A stretch of 57,772 bases of DNA. Origin: Candidatus Magasanikiibacteriota bacterium. GTDB taxonomy: Bacteria > Patescibacteriota > Patescibacteriia > Magasanikbacterales > GWA2-37-8. The position numbers and the translations under genes were made by a program. Shown piece by piece: positions 9,817-20,966 of the stretch. Positions within the stretch are counted from its first letter, which is position 1. Every line of letters begins with the position of its first letter. Location of the stretch: assembly GCA_017991415.1 (NCBI GenBank), contig JAGOQR010000001.1, positions 1 to 57,772 of the forward strand, read 5' to 3'. Below the pieces are notes generated by a model. It did not search any database and was not told the origin of the DNA. It worked only from the letters and a program-made list of their open reading frames with translations.

Positions 9817-10617
9817 TTACTTAGAAGTAAGAACGCTGACAATAAATAGTTTTGACAAATCTGTCGCTGAAGTAAGTACTGCCTGCTGGAAAGGTTGGTA
9901 CGCTTCATTTTCAGCTATGGCAATCTCGCCGATGAGGAGGCCTTTGGGAATTGTTTGTTCCAGCCCAGAGGTAATTATTTTGTCGCCAATAAGAACGGTT
10001 TCATTTCGGGGGATAAAATTCATTTTTATACTTAAACCATAACCACCTTCTACGACACCGAGACTATTGTCTTTATTAAGGATGGTCGCGGCAATTTTGC
10101 TCTGGTTGTCGTTTATTAATCGCACCATAGAAATATTTTTTTCCACTTTAGCCATGGTTCCGATAAGGATTCCGTCTCCGGTGATTACAGGCTGTCCAAT
10201 TTTTAAGCCAGACTGTTCGCCAGCATTTATAATCACCATTTTCTCTAAGCTATCTGTATTTCTACCAACAACCTCTGCAGTAACTTTAGAAAAATCATGT
10301 TGAGAAAAAAAATTAAGTTGTTTTTTTAATTCTAAGTTCTCTTGTTCAAGATTGGCAAGTTTAGCGTTAGCCACTTCTAGATTTTCATTTTTTTCTTTAA
10401 TTTTATTATAGTCCTCCATGACCATTTTTTTATTAGTAAAATAATCGTAGGATTCCTGAGAAAGAATACGCCATTTGGTGATTTTACTTGAAATAGGAAT
10501 AATAATTTTCTGCACTCCCCTCTCAAGATATTTTAACCAGCCTAAATAATGCATAGCAACAAGCAATACTAAAATAGCGCTTAAGAAAAAATAATTTTTA
10601 GCCTTAAACTTGAGCAT
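9817..10617 (-). CDS. mreC: rod shape-determining protein MreC
   Basis: 266 aa with an N-terminal TM helix, a coiled coil (LANLEQENLELKKQL) and a beta-rich C-domain. It follows mreB. Confidence 0.8.
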   Translation of the reverse strand: MLKFKAKNYFFLSAILVLLVAMHYLGWLKYLERGVQKIIIPISSKITKWRILSQESYDYFTNKKMVMEDYNKIKEKNENLEVANAKLANLEQENLELKKQLNFFSQHDFSKVTAEVVGRNTDSLEKMVIINAGEQSGLKIGQPVITGDGILIGTMAKVEKNISMVRLINDNQSKIAATILNKDNSLGVVEGGYGLSIKMNFIPRNETVLIGDKIITSGLEQTIPKGLLIGEIAIAENEAYQPFQQAVLTSATDLSKLFIVSVLTSK

Positions 10618-10637
10618 ACTCTATAAGAAAACGCATT

Positions 10638-11681
10638 TTATTTTTGATTTTGATTTTTAACAGAGATTTCACTCAGCAGTTCTTCTTCGTCCAAAAGAAT
10701 ACCGGTGCCTCGCACCACCGAAGTAAGGGGGTCGTCTGCAATACGAACAGGAATTTCAATGGCTCTTGTAATAAGCTGGTCAAATCCACGCAGCAGAGCA
10801 CCGCCACCCGAAAGAACAATTCCTCGTTCGTGAATATCCGCTACCAGTTCTGGCGGTGTAATTTCAAGGACTCCTTTTATATTTTCGATAATAGCACGCA
10901 GAGATTTTGTGATTGCCTCTCGCACCTGAGTATCGTCAATCATAACTTCTTTTGGCAATCCAGAAACAAGATCGCGACCACGCATTGGAAAACGCATAGG
11001 TTCATTTAATTCTATAGCAGATCCAATTTTAATCTTAATTTCCTCGGCTTGTTTTTCACCTAATAGTAAGTTAAAATTTTCGCGTGCATATTGAATTATG
11101 TTACGATTAAGCTCGTCACCTGCAACAGGTATTGAGCGCCATGTAACAATGCCACTCAAGGAAATCACGGCTATTTCGGCAGTTCCGCCCCCTATTTCGA
11201 CAATAAAGTTCCCAACAGGCTCTCGTATTGGCATACGAGCACCAATAGCAGCGGCCATTGGTTCTTGAACAACAATAACTTCTCGAGCGCCCGCATTAGT
11301 AGATGCATCATGAATGGCCTTTAATTCCACTTCGGTAATTTCCATTGGCGCACCTACAACCACACGAGGACGAGTCATAAAATTCATGTTATCTTCGTAT
11401 ACCTTATCAATGAAATATTTAAGCATTTTTTCAGTGACTTCAAAGTCAGAAATAATACCATTTATAAGGGGGCGCGTGGTGAGAATGTGTGGAGGTGTTT
11501 TACCAAGCATTTCTTTGGCCTCGTTTCCAACTGCCAAAATTTGTTCGGTTTTAGTGTTTACGGCTACAACACTAGGTTCATTGATAATAATACCTCTGCC
11601 CTTTACATAAACGAGCGTATTGGCAGTTCCCAAATCAATGCCAATATCTTTTCTGAATTTTCCGAGTAGTTTTTCAAACAT
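10638..11681 (-). CDS. mreB: rod shape-determining actin homolog MreB
   Basis: 347 aa with actin-fold motifs DLGTANT, EIGGGTAEIAV and VLSGGGALL. Confidence 0.95.
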   Translation of the reverse strand: MFEKLLGKFRKDIGIDLGTANTLVYVKGRGIIINEPSVVAVNTKTEQILAVGNEAKEMLGKTPPHILTTRPLINGIISDFEVTEKMLKYFIDKVYEDNMNFMTRPRVVVGAPMEITEVELKAIHDASTNAGAREVIVVQEPMAAAIGARMPIREPVGNFIVEIGGGTAEIAVISLSGIVTWRSIPVAGDELNRNIIQYARENFNLLLGEKQAEEIKIKIGSAIELNEPMRFPMRGRDLVSGLPKEVMIDDTQVREAITKSLRAIIENIKGVLEITPPELVADIHERGIVLSGGGALLRGFDQLITRAIEIPVRIADDPLTSVVRGTGILLDEEELLSEISVKNQNQK

Positions 11682-11687
11682 AGATAT

Positions 11688-12089
11688 TTATCGAGTAAAA
11701 TCTTTGTTGTTGTACTTACGATTTGTAAATATAATCCCTTCAATAACTATAAAAAACGATAGTAGGAGGATAGCGCTCCACCAAGCAAGTAATTTAGTTT
11801 GTAAAAGTATCAAACCAGCTACGACGATTGTTGCAACGAGCATCCCTTGTCTAAATGTAGATTTAACATGATGAAAAATAACTTCATCATTTTGTAAAAC
11901 TATTTTTTTGATTAAAAAACCAATTACAGAGAACGTGCCAGTGAGAGCAAGAAACAAGCTCGAATAAAAAAATAAAAATCCAAAAAAACCAGCTTGGACA
12001 GGGTCGATACTATTTAGCACAAAAAACCAAGCCAGCCAGCAAATTAGTGCTCCAGCAGACATTAAAACAAGGTAATAACGTAAGCTCAT
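11688..12089 (-). CDS. hypothetical membrane protein (4 TM)
   Basis: 133-aa hydrophobic ORF starting 6 nt upstream of mreB. No motif recognised. Confidence 0.5.
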   Translation of the reverse strand: MSLRYYLVLMSAGALICWLAWFFVLNSIDPVQAGFFGFLFFYSSLFLALTGTFSVIGFLIKKIVLQNDEVIFHHVKSTFRQGMLVATIVVAGLILLQTKLLAWWSAILLLSFFIVIEGIIFTNRKYNNKDFTR

Positions 12090-12147
12090 AATAATATACT
12101 AGCAGCTCTATTTTAGTCTGCTTTGGGGTATTTGGCAAGTACTCTAT

Positions 12148-12444
12148 TTATAGCAAATAACGTACTTTTTCTATGGCCGCTGCTTCTAGTTTATTGTTTA
12201 TTGAAGATATAATCTTTTTCTCGTGTAGCTTTATTTCCTGAGCCATTACAGAGCTTAGGCACGTAATAGCAATAGTTTTTTCTTTAAAGTATATAGCCTG
12301 AGCGAATTTGATTGAAGCGTCTCCAAAAATTTCTTTTATCACTTCGTTAGCTTTTTCTACTACCATAGTTGCGGAGAGCTGTTTCCAAACAGGAGTTTGC
12401 TTCATTTGTTTTTTTAAAATATCTCCAAGTGATTTCATTGTCAT
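12148..12444 (-). CDS. DUF721/DciA-like small protein
   Basis: 98 aa whose size and sequence pattern (LGDILKK...W...VVEKANEV...L.I.C.SSVMAQEI) resemble the DUF721 family as I recall it. Confidence 0.45.
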   Translation of the reverse strand: MTMKSLGDILKKQMKQTPVWKQLSATMVVEKANEVIKEIFGDASIKFAQAIYFKEKTIAITCLSSVMAQEIKLHEKKIISSINNKLEAAAIEKVRYLL

Positions 12445-12550
12445 ATACGAAATGAGTGAAAGAGAATTAAATTTATTTAATTATTCTTGAGCAAATAAAT
12501 ATGTATCGACTTTAGTTTGCATAATTAAGTTGAGTGAGTAAGGCTCATAG

Positions 12551-15500
12551 CTACACCACGCCATTTATTAAATCATCTTCAAACTGAATCATTCCTTCCA
12601 GTGTTTGTTCGTACTTATTAACATCTAAAAAATCTAGTTTTTGTATCTTGTTGTGCACTGCAATTACTATTTTTTTTAACCTTTCTACATCTTCCGCCGT
12701 AATTATATAGGGAAGAATGGCCATTTCTTCGTCACTAGTTGGGTTTAGAAATTCTAAATATCCATTATTAACACTGTACTTATGAAAATCACGTGAACCT
12801 TCTATAAGAAGTTTATAGAATATAAGCTGTCTCTTGTAATTATGAAGCTGTATCTTTTTAGCTTCGTCTTTTACTTCCCAGTCTTTTTGAGCTTTACCTG
12901 TTTTAAAATCGTACACTGCCAACACCTTGTCTTGTTCGTTAGGAACAATTTTGTCTATTTTACCGGTAATGTGGACATTTTCAATCATCACACTTTGTGT
13001 TCTAAAATCAGTTTCTATCCAATGAGACGGATCAAGGCGATTGCTTGCTTTTTCTGTATATATTTTCCAAGCGATATTGCCCTGCTCAAGATAATTTTTA
13101 AAATCCTGCTCACTCATTGCCTGTTGTTCTAATTTTTCTCTAAAAATTTCGTGTATCTTTGTCAATGTAGGTTTTGTGCCAATACTTTTTAGATAGCTGT
13201 ATACGGTCTGCATCGTTTCGTGCATAGCAGTACCGTAGGATGTATGGGCAGATTTTGCTTGCGGAAATCGTAAGAAATTCTGTTCAAAAAAATGGTATGG
13301 TCCGCCTTTTTTGATATCTAGAAAATTATTGAGGTGTGTAACACTCATTATATATGTGTCGAGTAGCGGCTGAAGAACAGCGCGTTCGTCTATGGCAATT
13401 GGGCCGACTTTTGGAAGAATATGTTTTTCTAGGGTTTTTATGGTGTGTGATAATTCTATTTTTTGATGAGCGGCGTCAATTTTGTGGTCAAAATTAATAA
13501 AAATAGAAGGTTCTAAAAAAGGAACCTGTAACGAGTCTTTACCGTTGTCTTCCTTTGTATAACTCGTGAGATATAAGTGTCGTTTTGCTCTAGTTAAAGC
13601 TACAAAAAATATACGTAAAAAATCATCGAACGTGTCGCCCGAAGGGTCTATTTGCAAATTCTTTGGAAAAGCAATCATATCTCTCCCTTGAGATTTTGCC
13701 CAAACATCGCTTTGGCAATTGATTACAAAGACCGTGTCAAACTCGGAGCCTTTCGCTTTGTGTGCAGTTAAAAGAGAGACTGCGTTTGTGCCACTTAGAT
13801 AAGGGCTAGTGTCGGTAATTGGCAAATTATTCTTCTGATATATATCCACGCAAGCGACTAAGCTAGATAGACGTGGGGAATTTGTTCTGGTACCGTATAA
13901 AGAAATGGTGTTTTTAAATGTGTTTAGGCTTGATAAAAATTGTAGATACATTCTAGGATTCTGATCGTATTTTTCTTTACTAAAATAAAAACGACGAAAC
14001 GGAGAAGAAAAAGAGTCTGACTGTTCTTCTGGGCCAATTAATTTGTCAAACATCAAATCGAAAGGTTCTGTTTGTGCCTCACCTGCTAAAACCAGCAACC
14101 AAGTGGCGATATTTTTTAAATGAATATTTTCACTAATAAGCATACTGTCGATCCAGCGACCATTTTTATCACTTTTTATTGTCTTGTTTGCGTCGATAGA
14201 CAGTTGCCAAATTGTCTGGCGCTCTAGTTCCCAAAAGGGAAATGCCAGCACAATGGGAAGTAAGTCATTCTGGTAGCTCGTGTTACTGCTCGAAATTGAT
14301 TCAACTAAGCGAGCCAGCGATATCAGCTGCTGTATTTGCGGTTCATGCAATATATCCCTTTGCTTTTCATATTTAATGGGAATATTTTCCGTTTCTAAAT
14401 AATTTGAAAGAGTCTCAAGATGGTAATGGTTCCTAGCTATAACAGCAATATCATCTGGATTAACACCGTTATCAATTTTATTTTTTATTTCGTTTGCCAC
14501 ATAGGCATACTCATGTAATGCGGTATCAAAAGTATGTGCCACGATAGCACCTTCGGCAATAGCTGGATTAGCTGCTTCTAGTTTTTTTTCTATTTCTTTG
14601 ACCTGATTTGTTAGGCGGACATCGCCCTGAGAAATAATAACTTGTGAAAAATCAACAATTTCTTTGGTGGATCGATAGTTTTTGGAAAGGGTTATTATTT
14701 TTGTTTTTGGGTATTGTTTTTTAAATTGCAAAATATTATTTATTTCGGCACCTTGAAATTTATAAATAGACTGATCATCATCCCCTACTACCATTATGTT
14801 AGGGTTGCCCTCATTAACCACATTGTCTGCTAACAAATTTATAATTCTCATTTGAGCATCGTTTGTATCTTGAAACTCATCTACCAGTATATATTGATAT
14901 TGTTCTTGAAGTTGGCTTAGTATCCCCTGTTTACTGCTAAGCACACGCAAAAGATCCATGATCATGTCGTCAAAATCCACATAGCCAGATAAGAGCATTT
15001 TTTCCTGATATATTTGATACACCTGCGCAAGAGAGGTATTCCTCTCTGTTTGATAAGCATCTTTTAGATGCAGCTCTTTGGTATCTGGATCTTTTTTTAA
15101 CCAATCATCCTTCCATACGGTCAACGGCTTTGTTCCGCCCTCTTCGACTGATTTCTCATAAGCAAAAGAAAGAGACTGGACAAGTAGTTCTTTGTAATCA
15201 AAAAGACTGCTGTGCTCAATTGGAGTACCAGAGGTCTGAATACCTTCTATACGTACAATTAACTCCGGCAGTGCATCTCGAGTATTTTTAGACATTCGCT
15301 CTTCAAAAATCGGAATAATCATTTCTTCTATTTCTTTATAATAAATTGTATTTGCCTCAAGTATCTTTTGATATTCTGCTGGAGTTATGCCTGCCTTCTT
15401 CAATTTGCCAATTCTGTCTTTTATACTTTTTAAATAAAAATAAGCACCGGTTGGATCTTTTTTACTCAAAGCATCAGAAAGCGGTAGTGTTGCGAGTATT

Positions 15501-15907
15501 TCAGATATTGTCTCTACTTGAATTAACTCGTCGGCAGCATTCATTTTTTGTGTTTCGTAAAAATTTTCTTGAAAACGATTTTTAATATTTAAGGCAAAGC
15601 TATGAAACGTATGTATCGCTACCCGATGTGCGTCTACACCAATTAGATCAGACAATCTGTCGCTCATATTTTTTGCTGCAAAGTCGGTAAATGTTAAGCA
15701 TAAAATATTAGACGGATAGACATCGCCTTTTTGTAAAATATTAGCCACGCGCAAACTTAAAAGCTCTGTTTTACCAGAACCAGGACCAGCAATTACAAGT
15801 ACTGCTCCTTCGGTTGTATCTACGGCTAATTTTTGCTGTTCGTTTAATTTTTTGTATTTTTGCAAAAAAGTAGCATTACGAACAGCTTTTGCAGGAGTTA
15901 TGGTCAT
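12551..15907 (-). CDS. UvrD/AddA-type helicase fused to a C-terminal PD-(D/E)xK-like nuclease
   Basis: 1118 aa with Walker A AGPGSGKT, DEFQDT, VGDDDQSIYKFQGA and TAHKAKGSEFD. The C-terminal segment GKIDKI...VYDFKTGK looks nuclease-like. Confidence 0.85.
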   Translation of the reverse strand: MTITPAKAVRNATFLQKYKKLNEQQKLAVDTTEGAVLVIAGPGSGKTELLSLRVANILQKGDVYPSNILCLTFTDFAAKNMSDRLSDLIGVDAHRVAIHTFHSFALNIKNRFQENFYETQKMNAADELIQVETISEILATLPLSDALSKKDPTGAYFYLKSIKDRIGKLKKAGITPAEYQKILEANTIYYKEIEEMIIPIFEERMSKNTRDALPELIVRIEGIQTSGTPIEHSSLFDYKELLVQSLSFAYEKSVEEGGTKPLTVWKDDWLKKDPDTKELHLKDAYQTERNTSLAQVYQIYQEKMLLSGYVDFDDMIMDLLRVLSSKQGILSQLQEQYQYILVDEFQDTNDAQMRIINLLADNVVNEGNPNIMVVGDDDQSIYKFQGAEINNILQFKKQYPKTKIITLSKNYRSTKEIVDFSQVIISQGDVRLTNQVKEIEKKLEAANPAIAEGAIVAHTFDTALHEYAYVANEIKNKIDNGVNPDDIAVIARNHYHLETLSNYLETENIPIKYEKQRDILHEPQIQQLISLARLVESISSSNTSYQNDLLPIVLAFPFWELERQTIWQLSIDANKTIKSDKNGRWIDSMLISENIHLKNIATWLLVLAGEAQTEPFDLMFDKLIGPEEQSDSFSSPFRRFYFSKEKYDQNPRMYLQFLSSLNTFKNTISLYGTRTNSPRLSSLVACVDIYQKNNLPITDTSPYLSGTNAVSLLTAHKAKGSEFDTVFVINCQSDVWAKSQGRDMIAFPKNLQIDPSGDTFDDFLRIFFVALTRAKRHLYLTSYTKEDNGKDSLQVPFLEPSIFINFDHKIDAAHQKIELSHTIKTLEKHILPKVGPIAIDERAVLQPLLDTYIMSVTHLNNFLDIKKGGPYHFFEQNFLRFPQAKSAHTSYGTAMHETMQTVYSYLKSIGTKPTLTKIHEIFREKLEQQAMSEQDFKNYLEQGNIAWKIYTEKASNRLDPSHWIETDFRTQSVMIENVHITGKIDKIVPNEQDKVLAVYDFKTGKAQKDWEVKDEAKKIQLHNYKRQLIFYKLLIEGSRDFHKYSVNNGYLEFLNPTSDEEMAILPYIITAEDVERLKKIVIAVHNKIQKLDFLDVNKYEQTLEGMIQFEDDLINGVV

Positions 15908-15945
15908 AGACTTATATTTTGAGCTTTAAGCACCTAAAACTACAT

Positions 15946-15971
15946 AAAAACAGCCTCTTGAGGCTATTTTT
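15946..15971 (-). terminator. weak intrinsic terminator downstream of the ABC exporter gene
   Basis: On the minus strand, AGCC-TCAAGA-GGCT is followed by GTTTTTATG. The flanking A/T runs can extend the stem. Confidence 0.35.
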
Positions 15972-16055
15972 AGTATAAACGATATTACCGAGAGAAACAA
16001 GATGCTTTGCGTATTACTTTTTGAAGGAATCTTGAGCGCTATACAGCCGTTATAT

Positions 16056-17816
16056 CTAGGCTATAAAACCGCCCGCCTGCACTTCCCACAACTTTTTGTA
16101 TAAGCCCTTTTGATTTTGTAAGAGATTGGTATGCGAGCCTGTTTCGAGTACAGCGCCGTCTTTAATGACCAAAATTCTATCCATTTTCATAATTGTAGAT
16201 AATCGATGCGCAACCACTATTACTGTCTTTCCTTTTATCAAAACATCAAGAGCTTTTTGAATAAGTTGTTCTGACTCTGAGTCTAGGCTTGAAGTAGCTT
16301 CGTCTAGTATTAAAATTGGGGCATTGTGTAAAATAGCTCGTGCAATGGCTACTCGCTGTCTCTCTCCACCAGATAACTTTACACCTCTTTCACCCACAAA
16401 AGTATTGTAGCCTTCTGGAAAGTCCTTGATAAATTCGTGGCAATGCGCCAACTTTGACGCCTTAACAACTTCTTCTTCAGTGGCATTGGGTTTGCCATAA
16501 CGAATATTTTCTAACAGGGTACGATGAAAAAGAATTGGATCTTGAGGCACCATACTTACCTGTTCCCACAAACTATCCATTTTTACATGAGCTATATCTT
16601 GGTTATCAATCGTAATTCTTCCAGAAGTCGTATCGTACATTCGTAATAACAGCTTAATAATAGTACTTTTTCCTCCACCAGATGGGCCGACCAGCGCCAC
16701 CTTTTCTTTAGCTGCTATAGCAATATCAAAATTTTGCAGAATAGGTCTGGTTTCGTGGTAGAAAAAATTAACTGCGTTAAACTCTATTACGCCTGTGGTT
16801 ACTTTTAAGTCTGTTGCATTTTTGGCATCTACAATACCGTGTGGCTCGTTAAATACCGCTGTCATTTCTTCTGCTTCAGCTAAGTTTTCGTATATATCTC
16901 GTACCACTCTGCTAAAATCCCAAGTTCTCATTAAGACAATTAAGACATACGATTGAATAAGAACAAAATCACCTATGGTTAGGATATCTTTTTGCCATAG
17001 TAATATAGCAATATAGAAAATGCCCACCTCTAAGATGGTAGTAAGGAGAGCCTGAATAGCTTCGTAGGTATTTGCTAGATTCCAAGTTAACCAGCGTAGT
17101 CTTTTTACCTCCCCTACTGCCTTGGCAAAATTTCTTATTTCTCGGAAATATCCACCAAATAATTTTACATTAACATTGTTTGTAATAGTGTCGGCCAAAA
17201 TGCCAGTAGCTTTGGAATCTGCTTCGCTACGAGCAATATCGTATCGCAGTTTAAATCGTGTGAAGATTAAATTTATTATAAAAAATGATACTATCCAAAT
17301 AGAAAGAGCGATAACAAGTGTCGTATTTTTTTTCCATAAAACAAACAAAATAAGACTAATGTTTATAAGGAGCTGCAGAATATTATACGCCAATTTATCT
17401 GTAATATTTTCAAAGGCCCTAATAAAACGAGTGACTTTTTTTACCATGGAACCAACGAAGTTGTCGTTAAAATAAGCGAACGAGTGTTTATGGATATAAC
17501 GAAAACACCTATCTGACAGACTGGCCATAATAGAGGCTTGGAAATAAGAAATGCAGAATGTGCTGATTCGCCAAAATAACCAACCCAACATTTCTACTAT
17601 TGCAACAATAAAGAGCACGCTAAAGAGCTGATTTATTAAGATGTCTTTTGGTTGTGGCGAAACTAAAAGGTCAAATATTTTTTTAAAGTATATTGGCGTA
17701 ATAACACTAGCCGTTGAAGCAAGAATGACAGAGAAGAAAACAACCAGACCTGAAATTTTGTACTGTATAGCCTCTTCCCAAAATATTTTAATTGTTTTTT
17801 TAGTATTTTCTTTCAT
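16056..17816 (-). CDS. ABC exporter, fused permease/ATPase (MsbA-like half transporter)
   Basis: 586 aa with a six-TM exporter domain and an NBD carrying Walker A GPSGGGKST, signature LSGGERQR and Walker B ILILDEATS. There is no N-terminal peptidase domain. Confidence 0.9.
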   Translation of the reverse strand: MKENTKKTIKIFWEEAIQYKISGLVVFFSVILASTASVITPIYFKKIFDLLVSPQPKDILINQLFSVLFIVAIVEMLGWLFWRISTFCISYFQASIMASLSDRCFRYIHKHSFAYFNDNFVGSMVKKVTRFIRAFENITDKLAYNILQLLINISLILFVLWKKNTTLVIALSIWIVSFFIINLIFTRFKLRYDIARSEADSKATGILADTITNNVNVKLFGGYFREIRNFAKAVGEVKRLRWLTWNLANTYEAIQALLTTILEVGIFYIAILLWQKDILTIGDFVLIQSYVLIVLMRTWDFSRVVRDIYENLAEAEEMTAVFNEPHGIVDAKNATDLKVTTGVIEFNAVNFFYHETRPILQNFDIAIAAKEKVALVGPSGGGKSTIIKLLLRMYDTTSGRITIDNQDIAHVKMDSLWEQVSMVPQDPILFHRTLLENIRYGKPNATEEEVVKASKLAHCHEFIKDFPEGYNTFVGERGVKLSGGERQRVAIARAILHNAPILILDEATSSLDSESEQLIQKALDVLIKGKTVIVVAHRLSTIMKMDRILVIKDGAVLETGSHTNLLQNQKGLYKKLWEVQAGGFIA

Positions 17817-17930
17817 GAAATTTATAAATAACTACAGCACATCTCCCCTACTTAGGGAGATAATAAATATAGAGCTTAAATAAGCTTTCTACTATAGAAG
17901 ACGTAAAAAAAGATAAAATGTTACTATTTT

Positions 17931-18068
17931 TTAGAGGCCCGCCTTGTCAATACATTCGCAGCCACAAGATTCGTCACACTGGCAACAGCGTACACAAAGA
18001 CTTTCATCACATAAGCAAAGATCGTTTTGTTCTTCAAGTCCACTCCTACATTTTTGACATTTTTCCAT
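17931..18068 (-). CDS. 45-aa cysteine-rich micro-ORF (11 Cys), absent from the 60-aa ORF track
   Basis: Hand translation gives MEKCQKCRSGLEEQNDLCLCDESLCVRCCQCDESCGCECIDKAGL*. It is an ATG-to-TAA ORF that is locally GC-richer than the flanking spacer. It lies 38 nt downstream of atpC and 114 nt upstream of the ABC exporter. No clear Shine-Dalgarno sequence. Confidence 0.4.
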   Translation of the reverse strand: MEKCQKCRSGLEEQNDLCLCDESLCVRCCQCDESCGCECIDKAGL

Positions 18069-18106
18069 AAAAATTCTAGTTAGAATAAACAAGAAAAGTG
18101 GTTTTC

Positions 18107-18532
18107 TTATTTATTAGCTGGTAAATTTCTATATTTTTTAACTACTCGCAACTTGTTTAACTCTCTATCTAAGACGGCCTGGAGTTTTGCGTAATCAACA
18201 TCTTGGGTATTTTTTAGTTTCTCCATCTGTTCTTGAGCTCGTTTTCTTGCTTCCTCGGCTTTTTCTATATCAATATCCTCAACTCGTTGTGCATGATCAG
18301 CCAAAATTACTATTTGGTTTTTTCCCCTCACTTCAACAAAACCTCCTGAAACTGCCATATGCTGCTCTCCATTATTATCTTTAAATCGTAAATCACCAGC
18401 TTTAAGAACCGAAATTAGTGGAATGTGATTTGGCAAAATAGTAATCTCACCTTCTGTGGTGGGAATAGTAACTTGAAAAATCTCATTTTCATAAATTGTT
18501 TTTTCTGGTGTAACAATTTTGAATTTCAACAT
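18107..18532 (-). CDS. atpC: F1 ATP synthase epsilon subunit
   Basis: 141 aa with an N-terminal beta-sandwich (VTPEKTIYENEI...ILPNHIPLIS) and a helical C-terminus. Last gene of the atp operon. Confidence 0.9.
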   Translation of the reverse strand: MLKFKIVTPEKTIYENEIFQVTIPTTEGEITILPNHIPLISVLKAGDLRFKDNNGEQHMAVSGGFVEVRGKNQIVILADHAQRVEDIDIEKAEEARKRAQEQMEKLKNTQDVDYAKLQAVLDRELNKLRVVKKYRNLPANK

Positions 18533-18553
18533 ATGGTAGTGTGCAAGGTTTAA

Positions 18554-19963
<1,410 letters not shown>

Positions 19964-19974
19964 TTAATTTATTG

Positions 19975-20925
19975 TTATTCGAGGGCTGCGGCACCACCAG
20001 CAATTTCGGCAATTTCTTGAGTGATTCCTGCCTGTCTTCCTTTGTTAAAGGTTAGGTTTAGCTCGTCAATCATATCTTTGGCAGCATCGGTAGCACTTCT
20101 CATCGCAAGCATTCGGCTACTATGTTCACTTGCCGAAGATTCAAGCATGGTTTGATAAATTTGTGATTCTACAAGTCTTGGTAAAATTATTTTTAAAACA
20201 TCTGTTTTATTTGGCTCAAAAAGATAATCAGTTAAATTGGTTTTTTGTGGCGCTTCTGCAGTAGACATACCTCCCAATTCTACCAATGTTTTTTCCAGGT
20301 CAGATTCGGATATTGGTAGCACCTGTCTTAATCTTGCAGTTTGTACCAGGGCAGATTTAAAATCGGTATAGGCGACAATAATCTTGTCATACATTTTTTT
20401 CTCATACGCATCAATAACCATTTTGGCAATTGGCAAGGCATCATCAAAACTAGGTGTATCAGTCATGTTGGTAAAAGCAGCGGTGAGATTGTATCCCATT
20501 TTTTTCGCAAAGTCTGCACCTTTTCTGCCGATACCTACAACATCTACGGATATATTTGTTTTAGGCAAAATTTCTTCACCATCAATCATTTGTTTGGCAA
20601 TAGCTTGAGGATTCTTCATTTGCAGTGCTGTTTTTTTGATAATGTTGGCATTAAAACTACCGCACAAACCACGATTTGAAGTGATAATAATCATTAAGAT
20701 TTTTTCTACGGGTCTTACCTCGAGTAGTGGAATTTGTACTTTTTGCATTTTGGAAAGATTTACCAAAAGCTCCCAAGCCAAACTAGAATAAGCACGCGTA
20801 TCCAGGGCAGCATTTACTGCTTTGCGCATTTTGGCAGCCGCAATCATCTCCATAGCTTTGGTAATTTTTTTGGTACTACCAATGGATTTGATGCGACGTT
20901 TGATTGTTTTTGTATTAATTGCCAT
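19975..20925 (-). CDS. atpG: F1 ATP synthase gamma subunit
   Basis: 316 aa with N-terminal IKSIGSTKKITKAMEMIAAAK and C-terminal ITQEIAEIAGGAAAL. Confidence 0.93.
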   Translation of the reverse strand: MAINTKTIKRRIKSIGSTKKITKAMEMIAAAKMRKAVNAALDTRAYSSLAWELLVNLSKMQKVQIPLLEVRPVEKILMIIITSNRGLCGSFNANIIKKTALQMKNPQAIAKQMIDGEEILPKTNISVDVVGIGRKGADFAKKMGYNLTAAFTNMTDTPSFDDALPIAKMVIDAYEKKMYDKIIVAYTDFKSALVQTARLRQVLPISESDLEKTLVELGGMSTAEAPQKTNLTDYLFEPNKTDVLKIILPRLVESQIYQTMLESSASEHSSRMLAMRSATDAAKDMIDELNLTFNKGRQAGITQEIAEIAGGAAALE

Positions 20926-20966
20926 ATTGAGAGAGTGCAGTAATCAGTTTACTAAATTATTTCTGA

